Made by a program: the position numbers and the translations under genes | The notes under the pieces: generated by a model | What the model was told of the DNA's origin: nothing | Seen by the model: the letters and a program-made list of their open reading frames with translations, nothing else | The model's database searches: none | Source: a virus | IMG/VR virus record: IMGVR_UViG_3300044527_000814 | Location: 7,650 to 71,649 of that record | Length of the DNA: 64,000 bases | Direction: 5' to 3' (one strand) | Part shown: positions 26,771 through 36,245 of the stretch, piece by piece | How the letters are laid out: every line of letters begins with the position of its first letter | Position numbering within the stretch: the first letter of the stretch is position 1

Positions 26771-27436
26771 ATGCCGAAGACCTCCAATCTGCGCGCTCAA
26801 GTGCTGAACGTTCAGCGCGCTGGCGACAAGAGCTTCACGATCACGGTCTCTGTCTGGGAGGCTCCAGGCAGCCCCGATTCTTCGAGCGCGGTTCGCTTCC
26901 AGTTTCAGTCGCACAAGAATCCGGCTCTGTGGTGGCGCCTGTCCATGACATCGGCGCGCAAAGGCAGCGCCATGACCAGGGACGCCGCCAAGTACACGAA
27001 CTCGATGTACAACAAGGCGCAGCGCGCCGCGACCGACGCGATGAACGACTTCATCGTATCCGAGAGCGACAAGCGAACCGGCGCTGCCGCAGGCCGCAAG
27101 CTCAGCCCCAATCTCTCCACCATGCCACTTCGACACATCAAGCACGGCGCGGTGCCCAGCAGGGCCGAGTTCATGACGTACGCGGAGGGTCGTTTCGACG
27201 ATCCTTTCCGCTACTACATGAAGCTAGATGCGCCCGAAGCGACAACCATCGAACGAGCGGCAGACGTTGCGGATGTCATGCTGCTCGATCGAAGCGGCAT
27301 GATTGCAATTGCAAGCCTGGGAGACATGTACCAGCTGATCTGCGGCCTTTGCTTTCTTGGGCAAGAGCGCGGAAACAAGAACGCCATGCTACTCGCGGCG
27401 TCTCTTCTCGGCGCAGCGGGATTCCACTGGACCTGA
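26771..27436 (+). CDS. hypothetical protein
   Basis: 221-aa ORF in operon; internal LSPN junction. Confidence 0.65.
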   Translation: MPKTSNLRAQVLNVQRAGDKSFTITVSVWEAPGSPDSSSAVRFQFQSHKNPALWWRLSMTSARKGSAMTRDAAKYTNSMYNKAQRAATDAMNDFIVSESDKRTGAAAGRKLSPNLSTMPLRHIKHGAVPSRAEFMTYAEGRFDDPFRYYMKLDAPEATTIERAADVADVMLLDRSGMIAIASLGDMYQLICGLCFLGQERGNKNAMLLAASLLGAAGFHWT

Positions 27437-27437
27437 C

Positions 27438-28211
27438 ATGGCCAGGCCGCGAACAAGCCGAGTCCCTGAGGGGCCGCGAAGGGCTCCCCTCCGCTATGTC
27501 AGCCCAGAGGAGCAGAAGCTGTCCGGGTACGGGCGCGACGTCTGTCATCTTCTCGTCGGCATGGCGCTCAAACAGGACGTGAGCGACCTGACTGCCAAGC
27601 TTCAGGCAAAGGCTGAGCGACTTCAACGCCAGGGGATCAGCAAGGAGCGCATCGAGGCCACGATCCAAAAGGCCGAGGATGACATGGCCCCTCACCTGAA
27701 GAAGCTCACTGGCATTGACGTTCGCAGGCAGCCCAGGCTGTTTGAAAATCCCACGAAGATCCAGCTAACCAAAAACAAGTTCGCGCTGGTCGATCCCAAA
27801 GACCACGACAAGCTCAGCAAATACTCTTGGTACTGCGGGTTTCGAGGGTACGCGATGCGATCGAAGATCATGCCGGACGGCAGCCGCAAGACCGTCTCGA
27901 TGCACCGCGAGATCCTTGGCGCCAAGTCAAACGAAGAGGTCGATCACATCAACGGCAATCGACTCGACAACCGCCGCTCCAACCTGCGCGTGATCGATCG
28001 CAGCGCCAACCTTCACAATCGCGGCGCGTATGGGCCGTCCGGCGTGAAGGGCGTGTCGTGGGACAAGCGAAAGAAGGCGTGGCGCGCTGAGATCGGAAAG
28101 AACGGTAAGCGCGCGTGGCTCGGGTATCATCCGACGAAGCAGTCGGCAGAGGTCGCCTACCGAAAAGCCTCCAAGAAGCTGTACACCGGAAAGCAGAGCG
28201 CGGCCCGATGA
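27438..28211 (+). CDS. HNH endonuclease-AP2 domain protein with N-terminal RTSR...ENP leader
   Basis: MHREI...VDHINGNRLDNRRSNLR (HNH) and SGVKGVSW...WRAEI...LG (AP2). Confidence 0.9.
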   Translation: MARPRTSRVPEGPRRAPLRYVSPEEQKLSGYGRDVCHLLVGMALKQDVSDLTAKLQAKAERLQRQGISKERIEATIQKAEDDMAPHLKKLTGIDVRRQPRLFENPTKIQLTKNKFALVDPKDHDKLSKYSWYCGFRGYAMRSKIMPDGSRKTVSMHREILGAKSNEEVDHINGNRLDNRRSNLRVIDRSANLHNRGAYGPSGVKGVSWDKRKKAWRAEIGKNGKRAWLGYHPTKQSAEVAYRKASKKLYTGKQSAAR

Positions 28212-28411
28212 CCCGAGCCTCACACCCCAACGCGCAGCCTGATCAGATCTGTGTCGAACGCGATCGGATCGTGTGGCTTCTTCCGCGCGCCGCTGGTGTG
28301 ATCCGAGAGCTTCAGACCATGCGCGGCCCGAAGATGTCGGTGCCGATTGTGCCAGGAGTGGGATTGATGGTGATCCTGCCTCCGTACGACAGTCGATATT
28401 TCAAGGAGTAG
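28208..28411 (+). CDS. small hypothetical protein
   Basis: ATGA coupling; fills the gap before 28419. Confidence 0.5.
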   Translation: MTRASHPNAQPDQICVERDRIVWLLPRAAGVIRELQTMRGPKMSVPIVPGVGLMVILPPYDSRYFKE

Positions 28412-28418
28412 ACAGGTC

Positions 28419-28715
28419 ATGGCTATTTTCTACGAAGGCCCGTACATCGTGAAGGGCGCTGGCATCAGCGAAGAGCACGTCATCGGCACGCTTGATACGA
28501 CCGACAAGGAGACCCTGATCAAGGTCGCGAAGATGCTGTCACTCGGTGGCCGCGGCCGTGGCCGTGGAATCACCGTCGTCGCGTCCATCCCCGAGAAGAA
28601 CATCACGGTGATGGCCTCGAAGGGCAAGCTCATCAAAATCCCGGACATCATGAAGGAACCAAGGGGTCGAGCCGCGCGCGCTGCGGACGAGTCTGACGAC
28701 GCGGACGACGAGTGA
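28419..28715 (+). CDS. hypothetical protein
   Basis: AAGGAG upstream; biased codons. Confidence 0.7.
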   Translation: MAIFYEGPYIVKGAGISEEHVIGTLDTTDKETLIKVAKMLSLGGRGRGRGITVVASIPEKNITVMASKGKLIKIPDIMKEPRGRAARAADESDDADDE

Positions 28716-28802
28716 AGCGGGCTGGGTAGCCGCTGGCGCCGCTTCTGATGCCCGTGCTACCCTGCCTTGCACGGCGGGCGCTCTGTATTGAGAGAGGGAT
28801 CA

Positions 28803-29318
28803 ATGGAACCGAACAAATCCAGCATGGGCTATCGCGTTTTCGTTCTTCAACGCAAGGGCAAGACTTCCTTCTCCGTGAAGCGGGTCGGTCGCCTTGCGAA
28901 GGGCATGTCTACCAAGGAGGCCGCCGCGGTCCTGCGCAGCCTTGCCCCCCGCAAGACGACGACCGCGGTCGCCGTGACGAAGACCGGTAAGATCCGCATG
29001 GCCGCGCGTGCGCGGAAGGGCGGCGGTAAGAACAAGACGAGCGCTCGCCTCGTGAGCATCGCGGCGGCCATTCGCGGCAACGCAACGCTCAGCACCAAGA
29101 AGGCTCCTGCCAAGGGCAAGGGCAAGGGCAAGGGCAAGGGCACGAGCAAGAGCAAGGGCAAGACCTCGTCCGCCGCACGCCTGCGCGGCCTGCCCCGCAA
29201 CGCCACGCTCCGGCTGAGCGGCAAGGGCAAGCGCCTCTTCAAGTCCAGCAAGGCCAAGGCTGCCAAGGGCAAGTCATCGGCGAGCAAGAAGGGCAAGAAG
29301 GGCAAGTCGAAAAAATAG
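28803..29318 (+). CDS. highly basic histone/protamine-like protein
   Basis: GAGGG RBS; K/R/G/S-rich with (KG)n, IRGNATL and LPRNATL. Confidence 0.75.
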   Translation: MEPNKSSMGYRVFVLQRKGKTSFSVKRVGRLAKGMSTKEAAAVLRSLAPRKTTTAVAVTKTGKIRMAARARKGGGKNKTSARLVSIAAAIRGNATLSTKKAPAKGKGKGKGKGTSKSKGKTSSAARLRGLPRNATLRLSGKGKRLFKSSKAKAAKGKSSASKKGKKGKSKK

Positions 29319-29359
29319 CAGAAGCGCGATCGGGAAATGCGGGGCGCAGGAGTTTCACC

Positions 29360-29722
29360 ATGTCGAATTATGTCTCGGATCATGGTCTCTACGGTTACAG
29401 CATGTTTGGCGACGCGGCTTCGGATGTTGCAGTGGCGCAGGCTCAGCACGCCGCTGCGACTGGCTCCGGCTCTGGCCCGCGAGCGCGTAGCGAAGCAGAT
29501 CGAATCCGCGAAGCGGAGCGCGAGATCTCGCGCGCCGCTTCCCAGCGTCCTCCCCACCGAGACTTGGTCGAGATGCGTGCGCTCTTGAACCGATCTGGAT
29601 TCAATAGGCTTGACGGTTCCGCAAAGCGCGTATGGTACAGCTACTTCGTGCGCGTCGCTGCCACAACCACCGGACGCGTGGCGGAGTTCGCAGCGCTAAG
29701 CGCGGCAGCATCGCGCATCTGA
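29360..29722 (+). CDS. hypothetical protein
   Basis: AGGAG RBS; leader ending SMFGD. Confidence 0.65.
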   Translation: MSNYVSDHGLYGYSMFGDAASDVAVAQAQHAAATGSGSGPRARSEADRIREAEREISRAASQRPPHRDLVEMRALLNRSGFNRLDGSAKRVWYSYFVRVAATTTGRVAEFAALSAAASRI

Positions 29723-29747
29723 ACTGACTGCACACGGAGTACGCACG

Positions 29748-30182
29748 ATGTCATACCAGCCAATCATGCGCCCTTGGGTGCCGGAAATCTACACTCTTGG
29801 CAGTCGTGGGCGCTACGCTCAGTACCCGACGTTCGTGCGCACGCCGATCCCGGGCGCGGGCTTCAACCGCCGCCTGGTAATGGCTTCGCAGCCGCTCATG
29901 CTTAACGGCCTTGGCGCGCTCGGAAATCCGCTCGACCCGACGGCGCTCGTGAACACAGCAGCGGGGTTGCTCACCAACCCCAATGCGACCCTCGCCGCCA
30001 AGGGTCCCGAGCTTGTAGCAGCCGTCGATCAGCACGTGATGGGACCGCTGGTACAGTCTGTTGTCAAGCAGACGAAGCCTTACATCCTGAAGTACGTGCT
30101 GCCTGTGTACGCCGTGATCACGGTCGCGGCGGTTCTGGGTGCAGTGTACGGTTATCAGATCAAGAAGAAGCTTGGTGCGTGA
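29748..30182 (+). CDS. membrane protein with MSY leader and LNGLG motif
   Basis: GGAG RBS; C-terminal TM. Confidence 0.75.
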   Translation: MSYQPIMRPWVPEIYTLGSRGRYAQYPTFVRTPIPGAGFNRRLVMASQPLMLNGLGALGNPLDPTALVNTAAGLLTNPNATLAAKGPELVAAVDQHVMGPLVQSVVKQTKPYILKYVLPVYAVITVAAVLGAVYGYQIKKKLGA

Positions 30183-30697
30183 TGAAGCGAAACAGGACGT
30201 CTCGGAGCACGACCATGCGCAGAAACGCCGCGCGCGAAGATGAGGAGGAGGCGTACACGCCTCTCAACCAAGTACTCCATTTGCAGGCCTCTACCGCGAA
30301 GCGGTTCTGGCAAAAAATTGAAGAAGCCCAGCGCCTCCAAGGCGAGCGGACTGCCTCTCGGCTTTTACGGCCTGACAAGTCGGTCGTCGACAGCCTACAG
30401 AGGAGCGCGCGGCTACTTGCGGAAGCTACTGGCGACTACCATGCGTCCGATGCATACGCGCACGCCGCGCAATTCCTTGGATACAAGAAAAGCATGTATT
30501 CTGACGGTTGGGATTACGTCTACTCAGCCAGCCCGGACAGTAAGGTTTCCTTCGAATCGCTTGATCGGGTACGAGCGGCGTTTATGCGTGACCTTTCTTT
30601 CCTGATCGATGGCCTGATTGACTTCAAATACAAGACGGAAAGCGCGCAGCGGAGCGCAAAACTAGAAGAAGAGTTTCCGGGCGGCTGGGACCTTTAA
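30179..30697 (+). CDS. hypothetical protein with basic leader KRNRTSRSTTMRRN
   Basis: Coupled start; locally lower GC. Confidence 0.7.
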   Translation: MMKRNRTSRSTTMRRNAAREDEEEAYTPLNQVLHLQASTAKRFWQKIEEAQRLQGERTASRLLRPDKSVVDSLQRSARLLAEATGDYHASDAYAHAAQFLGYKKSMYSDGWDYVYSASPDSKVSFESLDRVRAAFMRDLSFLIDGLIDFKYKTESAQRSAKLEEEFPGGWDL

Positions 30698-30718
30698 CAA
30701 CTATCACGCGGGGCAAAC

Positions 30719-31327
30719 ATGACCATCAGCAAACGCGATCTCTTTACGATGAACGAGCGCCAGCGGGCCGCTGGCAAGAAGATGTGGAAGCAGACAGAGG
30801 CGACCGGCTCGATTGCCATGTCGTCAACCGACTACGAAATGATGTCGCTGAAGACGTGGGTCCGTTACGTCGACAGCAAAGGCGCGGAGATCGGCGTGAT
30901 CGAGTGCGAGCTGTATCATCAGCCAAACGCTGACGGTCAGGCAGTCGGCATGCTCTGCGGCATGTGCCCGAAGTGCGCGGAGTGCTTCCTCGTCAACGAG
31001 GGCAACAAGACCATGCACCTCGGCGACATCACCTACGGGCGCGCGCCCGCGTGGCTCAAGACGCACTGGTCCTACCACAAGCGTCAGCTGAACCAGATCG
31101 TCTCGGACGACGACAAGATCCCGATGGTGTCGAGTCCCGAACGCTGGGCTTGCGACTACTGCAAGTCGTGGTGCGTGAAAGTCACCGAGAACGTCGCGAG
31201 CGACCACTACAAGGGCGTCACGTTCGTGGCAAGCTCCTTCGGCGTGGATACAGTGCGGTCCACGGCGACGCCTTCCGCCCCCGACCCGGTCGCAGGCAAG
31301 GCGACGTCTGGCGATTTCGACATCTGA
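30719..31327 (+). CDS. Zn-ribbon containing hypothetical protein
   Basis: CPKC and CDYC. Confidence 0.7.
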   Translation: MTISKRDLFTMNERQRAAGKKMWKQTEATGSIAMSSTDYEMMSLKTWVRYVDSKGAEIGVIECELYHQPNADGQAVGMLCGMCPKCAECFLVNEGNKTMHLGDITYGRAPAWLKTHWSYHKRQLNQIVSDDDKIPMVSSPERWACDYCKSWCVKVTENVASDHYKGVTFVASSFGVDTVRSTATPSAPDPVAGKATSGDFDI

Positions 31328-31336
31328 GGAGTCCCG

Positions 31337-31834
31337 GTGACCTACGCAAAACACCCCGTCGCGCCTGAAGCTATCACTCCCGAAGAACAGGTCTACTCCC
31401 CGTTCTTTACGGACCAGGGGCTCAGCAACTACCGCGTGATGGGCGCGGGCCCGACCGCATACACGCAGCGGCAGGCGCCCATGCCGATGCCTGAGTACAG
31501 CTACGCACCACCCAGCTACGCATCGCATGACCCCTACGCGCCACCTCCCGGATACAAGCTTGTTCCGCTCGGCAACGCCGACGGCGACCGCAAGGGGATG
31601 ACGCGCGGACAGAAGATTGCTGCTGTCGTGGTGGTCGTTGCCATCGTCGCAGCGATCATTTTTGCCGTGAAAAACCGCAAGAAGGAGCCCGAGAAGGCGA
31701 CGCTCACGCCAACCAAAGCGATCAGCAAGCTGCCCACCTCGCGCATTGCACAGAGCCTATACAAGCGCTTGGAACGCAATGGCAGTGCGAGCAAGAGCGT
31801 GCTCGCGGCACTCGATAAGATCGCTCAGGAATAG
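31337..31834 (+). CDS. membrane protein with MTY leader
   Basis: GAGGAG RBS; TM IAAVVVVVAIVAAIIFAV. Confidence 0.75.
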   Translation: MTYAKHPVAPEAITPEEQVYSPFFTDQGLSNYRVMGAGPTAYTQRQAPMPMPEYSYAPPSYASHDPYAPPPGYKLVPLGNADGDRKGMTRGQKIAAVVVVVAIVAAIIFAVKNRKKEPEKATLTPTKAISKLPTSRIAQSLYKRLERNGSASKSVLAALDKIAQE

Positions 31835-31841
31835 GCGCGCG

Positions 31842-32108
31842 ATGCCCGTAGATCGCGCACAGACCCGGGCGAAGATGGCGTCGAGCATCGCCCTGATGCT
31901 TGAACAAGGCGTGTTCGTGGAGGACGTGCTCGAAGCACTGCGCATCGCGGTCAGTCAGGCCTCGATGAGGGCTCAGTCTGAGCCGCGACCGGCGCGTAGG
32001 GTTGAGCTGCTCAACTTCTACTCCGACGCCAACCAGATCCTTGCAGACGCTTGCAGAAGGACCGACATCGCCGGGAGATCTGCGAAGAAGATCGCCGGAG
32101 TTCGCTGA
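31842..32108 (+). CDS. hypothetical protein
   Basis: AGGA upstream; helical ORF. Confidence 0.6.
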   Translation: MPVDRAQTRAKMASSIALMLEQGVFVEDVLEALRIAVSQASMRAQSEPRPARRVELLNFYSDANQILADACRRTDIAGRSAKKIAGVR

Positions 32109-32115
32109 TCTTTGT

Positions 32116-32144
32116 TTGACATTGTCAGACAACGCGGGTAGCAT
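32116..32144 (+). promoter_or_regulatory. sigma70-type promoter TTGACA-N17-TAGCAT with TGTCAGACA in the spacer
   Basis: Direct read. ATG lies 8 nt after the -10, so the transcript is probably leaderless. Confidence 0.7.
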
Positions 32145-32152
32145 CCCGCGCA

Positions 32153-33547
32153 ATGTCTGACCATCAAACCACTGAGCAAAACGGCGACCTAACCCTATCC
32201 GAGGGAGAACTCAGAAGCTCGGAAGAAGTGCTCACTGCTCTGCGACGAGAGGCGCAGCAGGGTGTCTTCCGAGCCACCAACTATGTCGCGGAGCCTGCGC
32301 CAGGGTTCAGCACGCGCGGCGTCTGGATGTCCGCGGGCATCAACTACCGCAGCGGCTACGCGCACGTCGCGTTTGCAGACGCGCTGCTCCTGAAGCATGC
32401 GGGCGTCCCCTCGTACTTCATCCCGCACCGCGCGGAGATGATCGACTGGGACCGCATCCCCGAGGACCGCAAAGAGATCCTCGAAGAGTACCAGCGCGAC
32501 GTCGTCGGCATCGGCGAGGTCATGATCGCGGAGTGGCCGCCTCACGAGGCGATCCGCATGACCGAGGTCACGGACCGCTTCGTGATGCGCACGACGTGCG
32601 AGACAGATCGCATCAGCCAGATGGCTGTCGATATGTCGAACATCGACGCGATCACCAAGATCTGGTTCCCGTCGGAGTTCGCGCGCCAGTCCTACGTCGC
32701 GAGCGGCGTCAAAGAGGCGCGCACCCGCACGCTTCTCCCTCCCGTCATCGGCGACCACCTCGGCCTCTGGCGCCCACAGGTTGTTCCCAACGCCGCGCCC
32801 GTCGACGACAAAAACCCCTTCACGTTTGGCGCAATGGGCACGTTCCAGGCGCGCAAGGGCTTCAACCACCTCATTCGCGCCTACTACAGCGCGTTCAGCG
32901 CCGCGGACCCCGTGGTCCTGACCATCCGCACGAGCCCGTTCGGTCGATTCCGCACTGTGCAAGAGCTTCGCGCAGAGATTGAACGGCAGGTCAAGGCGCT
33001 GCGCTCAGAACTCGGCCCTGATGCAGCGAACAAGGGCTTCCCGCGCATCCGCGTGCTGATCGGCACCGAACTTACCGACAAGGAAATGATCGAGTGGCTC
33101 GGCTCACTCGATTGCTATGCGAACCCTTCGTTCGGCGAGGGAACGGGGCTCCCGCTGCTATACGCGCGCGCGTCCGGCGTGCCGATTGTCACGAACCTGT
33201 TTGGCGGCGTCGCGGAGTCGCTCGGTGGCGAGTTTGGTGCGCCTGCCATTCAGTACCTCGACAGCGACAAACACCCATACGACTCGATCGTGCCGCACAC
33301 CATGAAGGACATCCCTACCGAGATGCTGCGCATGAACTCGATCTTCGAGGCCGGGGTGAAGTGGGCCGACTACGTTCCTGAAGAAATGGGCGAAGCCATG
33401 CGCTGGCAGTTTGCGCGCGGTCGGCGCAGGAACGCGCTGGGCGCCGCTGTCACCTGCAACAAGTTCAGCGCCGAACGCCTGAAGCCGCTGTTTCTGGAGG
33501 CCCTGGGCGAGTTGGTGGACGTTAGCCGTTGGATGAAAAAGCCGTGA
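32153..33547 (+). CDS. GT-B (GT4-like) glycosyltransferase
   Basis: SGY..., RKG, DCYANPSFGEGTGLPLLYA...GVPIV. Confidence 0.9.
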   Translation: MSDHQTTEQNGDLTLSEGELRSSEEVLTALRREAQQGVFRATNYVAEPAPGFSTRGVWMSAGINYRSGYAHVAFADALLLKHAGVPSYFIPHRAEMIDWDRIPEDRKEILEEYQRDVVGIGEVMIAEWPPHEAIRMTEVTDRFVMRTTCETDRISQMAVDMSNIDAITKIWFPSEFARQSYVASGVKEARTRTLLPPVIGDHLGLWRPQVVPNAAPVDDKNPFTFGAMGTFQARKGFNHLIRAYYSAFSAADPVVLTIRTSPFGRFRTVQELRAEIERQVKALRSELGPDAANKGFPRIRVLIGTELTDKEMIEWLGSLDCYANPSFGEGTGLPLLYARASGVPIVTNLFGGVAESLGGEFGAPAIQYLDSDKHPYDSIVPHTMKDIPTEMLRMNSIFEAGVKWADYVPEEMGEAMRWQFARGRRRNALGAAVTCNKFSAERLKPLFLEALGELVDVSRWMKKP

Positions 33548-34635
33548 CTCGGTACATCGTCGCGGGGCACTTCGGCTCGACCCTGAGCTACGCCACGATT
33601 TCAAAAGAGATCTCCAAAGCGCTCGCTCGCTGGAACATGCTGGCTGGCACCATCAACTTTGACGACAGCTACCGCGACTTTGAGCCGGTGCGATTGAAGG
33701 AAAGCGACATGGCGAGCGCGCGCTTGCTGTGCGTCAGCCTGCCCAGTCACCACATCGAGCAGCTTGCTCAGCACTTCGGGGCTGCGCGCTGCGTGCTCTA
33801 CATGTCCCCGAACACCGACACGCTGAGCGCCGAAGCAAAGCGCGTCTCATGGGCCTTCGGTGGCCTCATCACACCGTCGCAGTTCTGCGAAGACACGCTC
33901 CTGAGGGCGACCGGCAGGCTGAGCGAGCGCGTTCCGCTCGGCGTGGGGTCGCCGTTCCTCGTCGCGCACAAGTCGAACGCGCGGCGACTCGCGGCTCGCC
34001 TCGATGATCCCCCGAAGATCTTGCACATGTCGACCGACGGCTTTCTTCCTGGGCGCAAGGGCACGGAAGCCCTTATCGACGGCATCTACTTCGCGCGCCC
34101 ATCGCTTCCGCAAGGGACGAAGTTCACGTTTCACCTGCTGCCGAAGATTCAGTTCGACGTGCGCGTGCTTGTCGCGGAGCGCGGTCTCGATGACATCATC
34201 CAGGTGGTCGCCGGAAACTCTCGCGGCGTGACTGACGACGAGCTTGTGTCACTGATCTCCGAGCACGACATTGTGGTTCAGCCGTCTCGGTGCGAGGGCT
34301 ACGGGATCACGCAGCTTCTGCCGCTCGCGATGGGCACGCCGCTCGTCACGACGTTCTCGACCGGCATGACCGAGTTCCTGTACCACTTCCGGGGGTGCTG
34401 GATGCCGGTGCGGCATGACGCGATGGCCTTGCTCAGTGGCGAGGACGGCATGTCGCCGAAGATTGCTCCCGGTGAACTGGCGGAGGTGCTCACTCTCGCG
34501 GCAAGCCGCACGATGCGAGAGAGCGCGCTTCACTACCAGTCGCTAGTCACAGACCAGAGCAGGTTCTCGTGGCAGTGGTCTGAATGCGCAGACCGCTGGA
34601 TCGACGCAATGGAAACGTCATTCAGTCACAGGTAG
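33544..34635 (+). CDS. GT-B (GT4-like) glycosyltransferase
   Basis: RKG and DIVVQPSRCEGYG...AMGTPLV. Confidence 0.88.
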   Translation: MTRYIVAGHFGSTLSYATISKEISKALARWNMLAGTINFDDSYRDFEPVRLKESDMASARLLCVSLPSHHIEQLAQHFGAARCVLYMSPNTDTLSAEAKRVSWAFGGLITPSQFCEDTLLRATGRLSERVPLGVGSPFLVAHKSNARRLAARLDDPPKILHMSTDGFLPGRKGTEALIDGIYFARPSLPQGTKFTFHLLPKIQFDVRVLVAERGLDDIIQVVAGNSRGVTDDELVSLISEHDIVVQPSRCEGYGITQLLPLAMGTPLVTTFSTGMTEFLYHFRGCWMPVRHDAMALLSGEDGMSPKIAPGELAEVLTLAASRTMRESALHYQSLVTDQSRFSWQWSECADRWIDAMETSFSHR

Positions 34636-34639
34636 GAAC

Positions 34640-34921
34640 ATGAGCGACAACAAAGACTTTTCGATGGACGCTGCACTGAAGACTCTTGGTACGGGCCCTG
34701 CGCTCATCAAGATGCGCCAGAAGACCTCCACCCCGCTGTCGCTGGGCGCTGACAGCAAGCCGACGATCGTGGAGGAGCACATCACGCTTCAGGCGACGTC
34801 GTGGCGCGAATTCGGCGGATCGCCTGGGCTCTGGAAGCTCACACTGGTCGACGGCATGGACGTCGTGATCCTTGCGAGCGACATCTTCGCGATCTTCACG
34901 AAGTCGTCGGGAGTTCACTGA
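34640..34921 (+). CDS. hypothetical protein
   Basis: AGGA RBS; in operon. Confidence 0.65.
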   Translation: MSDNKDFSMDAALKTLGTGPALIKMRQKTSTPLSLGADSKPTIVEEHITLQATSWREFGGSPGLWKLTLVDGMDVVILASDIFAIFTKSSGVH

Positions 34922-34922
34922 C

Positions 34923-35090
34923 ATGATGAGCGCGCGGATCACGTTCCGGCTGGCCAAGGACCTGTTCGAGGCCATCGAGAAGGAAGCCGTTCAGCGTGGC
35001 ATCGTGACTCCGCGCGGCAAGCCGAACGTCAGCAGCGCGATCACGTACATCTTGCGCGAGTGGTTCAAGACGAGGCCCAAGCAGGACTGA
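34923..35090 (+). CDS. ribbon-helix-helix DNA-binding protein
   Basis: RITFRL-helix-NVSSAITYILREW. Confidence 0.7.
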   Translation: MMSARITFRLAKDLFEAIEKEAVQRGIVTPRGKPNVSSAITYILREWFKTRPKQD

Positions 35091-35111
35091 AGTCCCGCTC
35101 GGGCCTCGATG

Positions 35112-35801
35112 TCACGCGCTCAGTGCCGGTACGGGCGTCTCGATGTCGTTGACGCGCCACTCGCCCCAGCCGACGTCTACGATCTTGTAGGTTCCCTGCG
35201 CGTTTTGCAGGATGTTCTCGTCGTGGAAGTCGGTCCAGTCGAAGCCGCAAGTGCGTAGCTCTGCTGCGCCAGCCGCGACGTCACGAAGGATCGACATGGC
35301 GCGGGTGACGCCAGTGTGCTCCAGCTGACCCTGGAGCATCGTGCGCCACCGAGCGACCATCGTGCGTTCGTTGTTCACCCAGAGATCGAGGCTCTCGTCC
35401 TCGTACAGCTCGAACATCACCTTCATGATGTCCATGTCGCGCTTCTTGAGCGGCATCAGCTTCTCGCGCGTAACCGCGAACCACGGCTTGTAGTCCCAGG
35501 GGTTCGACCCGTCCCCGCGCGTGCTATCCGGCAGCGACCACACATCGTAGATCTTCACGACGTGCCGCATCGAGCGCCCACGGATGCGTGCGCTGACCAT
35601 GGCCTCGTCGTAGTCGTGCGTGAGCTTGAGAACCCGATCCCCGATGTCGTAGGCGGCACCGTGGGCTCCAGTTCCAAGGAGCTGTCCGCCCCTCGCCTCC
35701 GGCCACGGATTGGTCAACCCCTTCTGAACCAGCCCCTTCCGATGCCGGATGATTACTTCTTCTGTTGGTAGGTGAACTTGATAGTCATTGCTGTCCCGCA
35801 T
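35112..35801 (-). CDS. protein kinase-like (Ser/Thr/RIO-type fold)
   Basis: LGTGAHGAAY, VLKLT, DFHDENI, KIVDVG. Start uncertain. Confidence 0.85.
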   Translation of the reverse strand: MRDSNDYQVHLPTEEVIIRHRKGLVQKGLTNPWPEARGGQLLGTGAHGAAYDIGDRVLKLTHDYDEAMVSARIRGRSMRHVVKIYDVWSLPDSTRGDGSNPWDYKPWFAVTREKLMPLKKRDMDIMKVMFELYEDESLDLWVNNERTMVARWRTMLQGQLEHTGVTRAMSILRDVAAGAAELRTCGFDWTDFHDENILQNAQGTYKIVDVGWGEWRVNDIETPVPALSA

Positions 35802-35845
35802 GGCCGCAATGGTACAACAGATCGAAGTCTGTTACCATCGAAACC

Positions 35846-36217
35846 ATGACCTACATGCCCGTTCGACCGTACCGTGCTGATGTAATGGGACCCGCCCTTT
35901 ACGGGCTCTCCGGCGACTGCGGCTGCGGCAGCTCCCACGAGAGGCGCCCGAGCGCGCCGCTCTCTGGCGGCTGCGGCTGCGGCGGCTCTCGCTCCGCGCT
36001 GGGAACCACTCCGCTCACCAACTACCTGTGCTCTGAGACACAGGTCGCCAAGTCGCTCACCAAAGAGGGCAACGAGGCCGCTCTGATCATCGGCATCGGC
36101 GCAGGGGCGGCAGGCGGACTGCTGGGCAGCGTGATCAAGGCGCCGGTGCTCGGCCTGATCGCAGGAACGCTGCTGGGGTACGTCATCTACCAGACGCAGC
36201 GCATGCCGGACGCGTGA
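35846..36217 (+). CDS. membrane protein with MTY leader, LYGLSG and two CGCG motifs
   Basis: C-terminal Gly-zipper TM pair. Confidence 0.7.
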   Translation: MTYMPVRPYRADVMGPALYGLSGDCGCGSSHERRPSAPLSGGCGCGGSRSALGTTPLTNYLCSETQVAKSLTKEGNEAALIIGIGAGAAGGLLGSVIKAPVLGLIAGTLLGYVIYQTQRMPDA

Positions 36218-36245
36218 TCATCGAGCAGACCAGCAGGAGCTAAGC

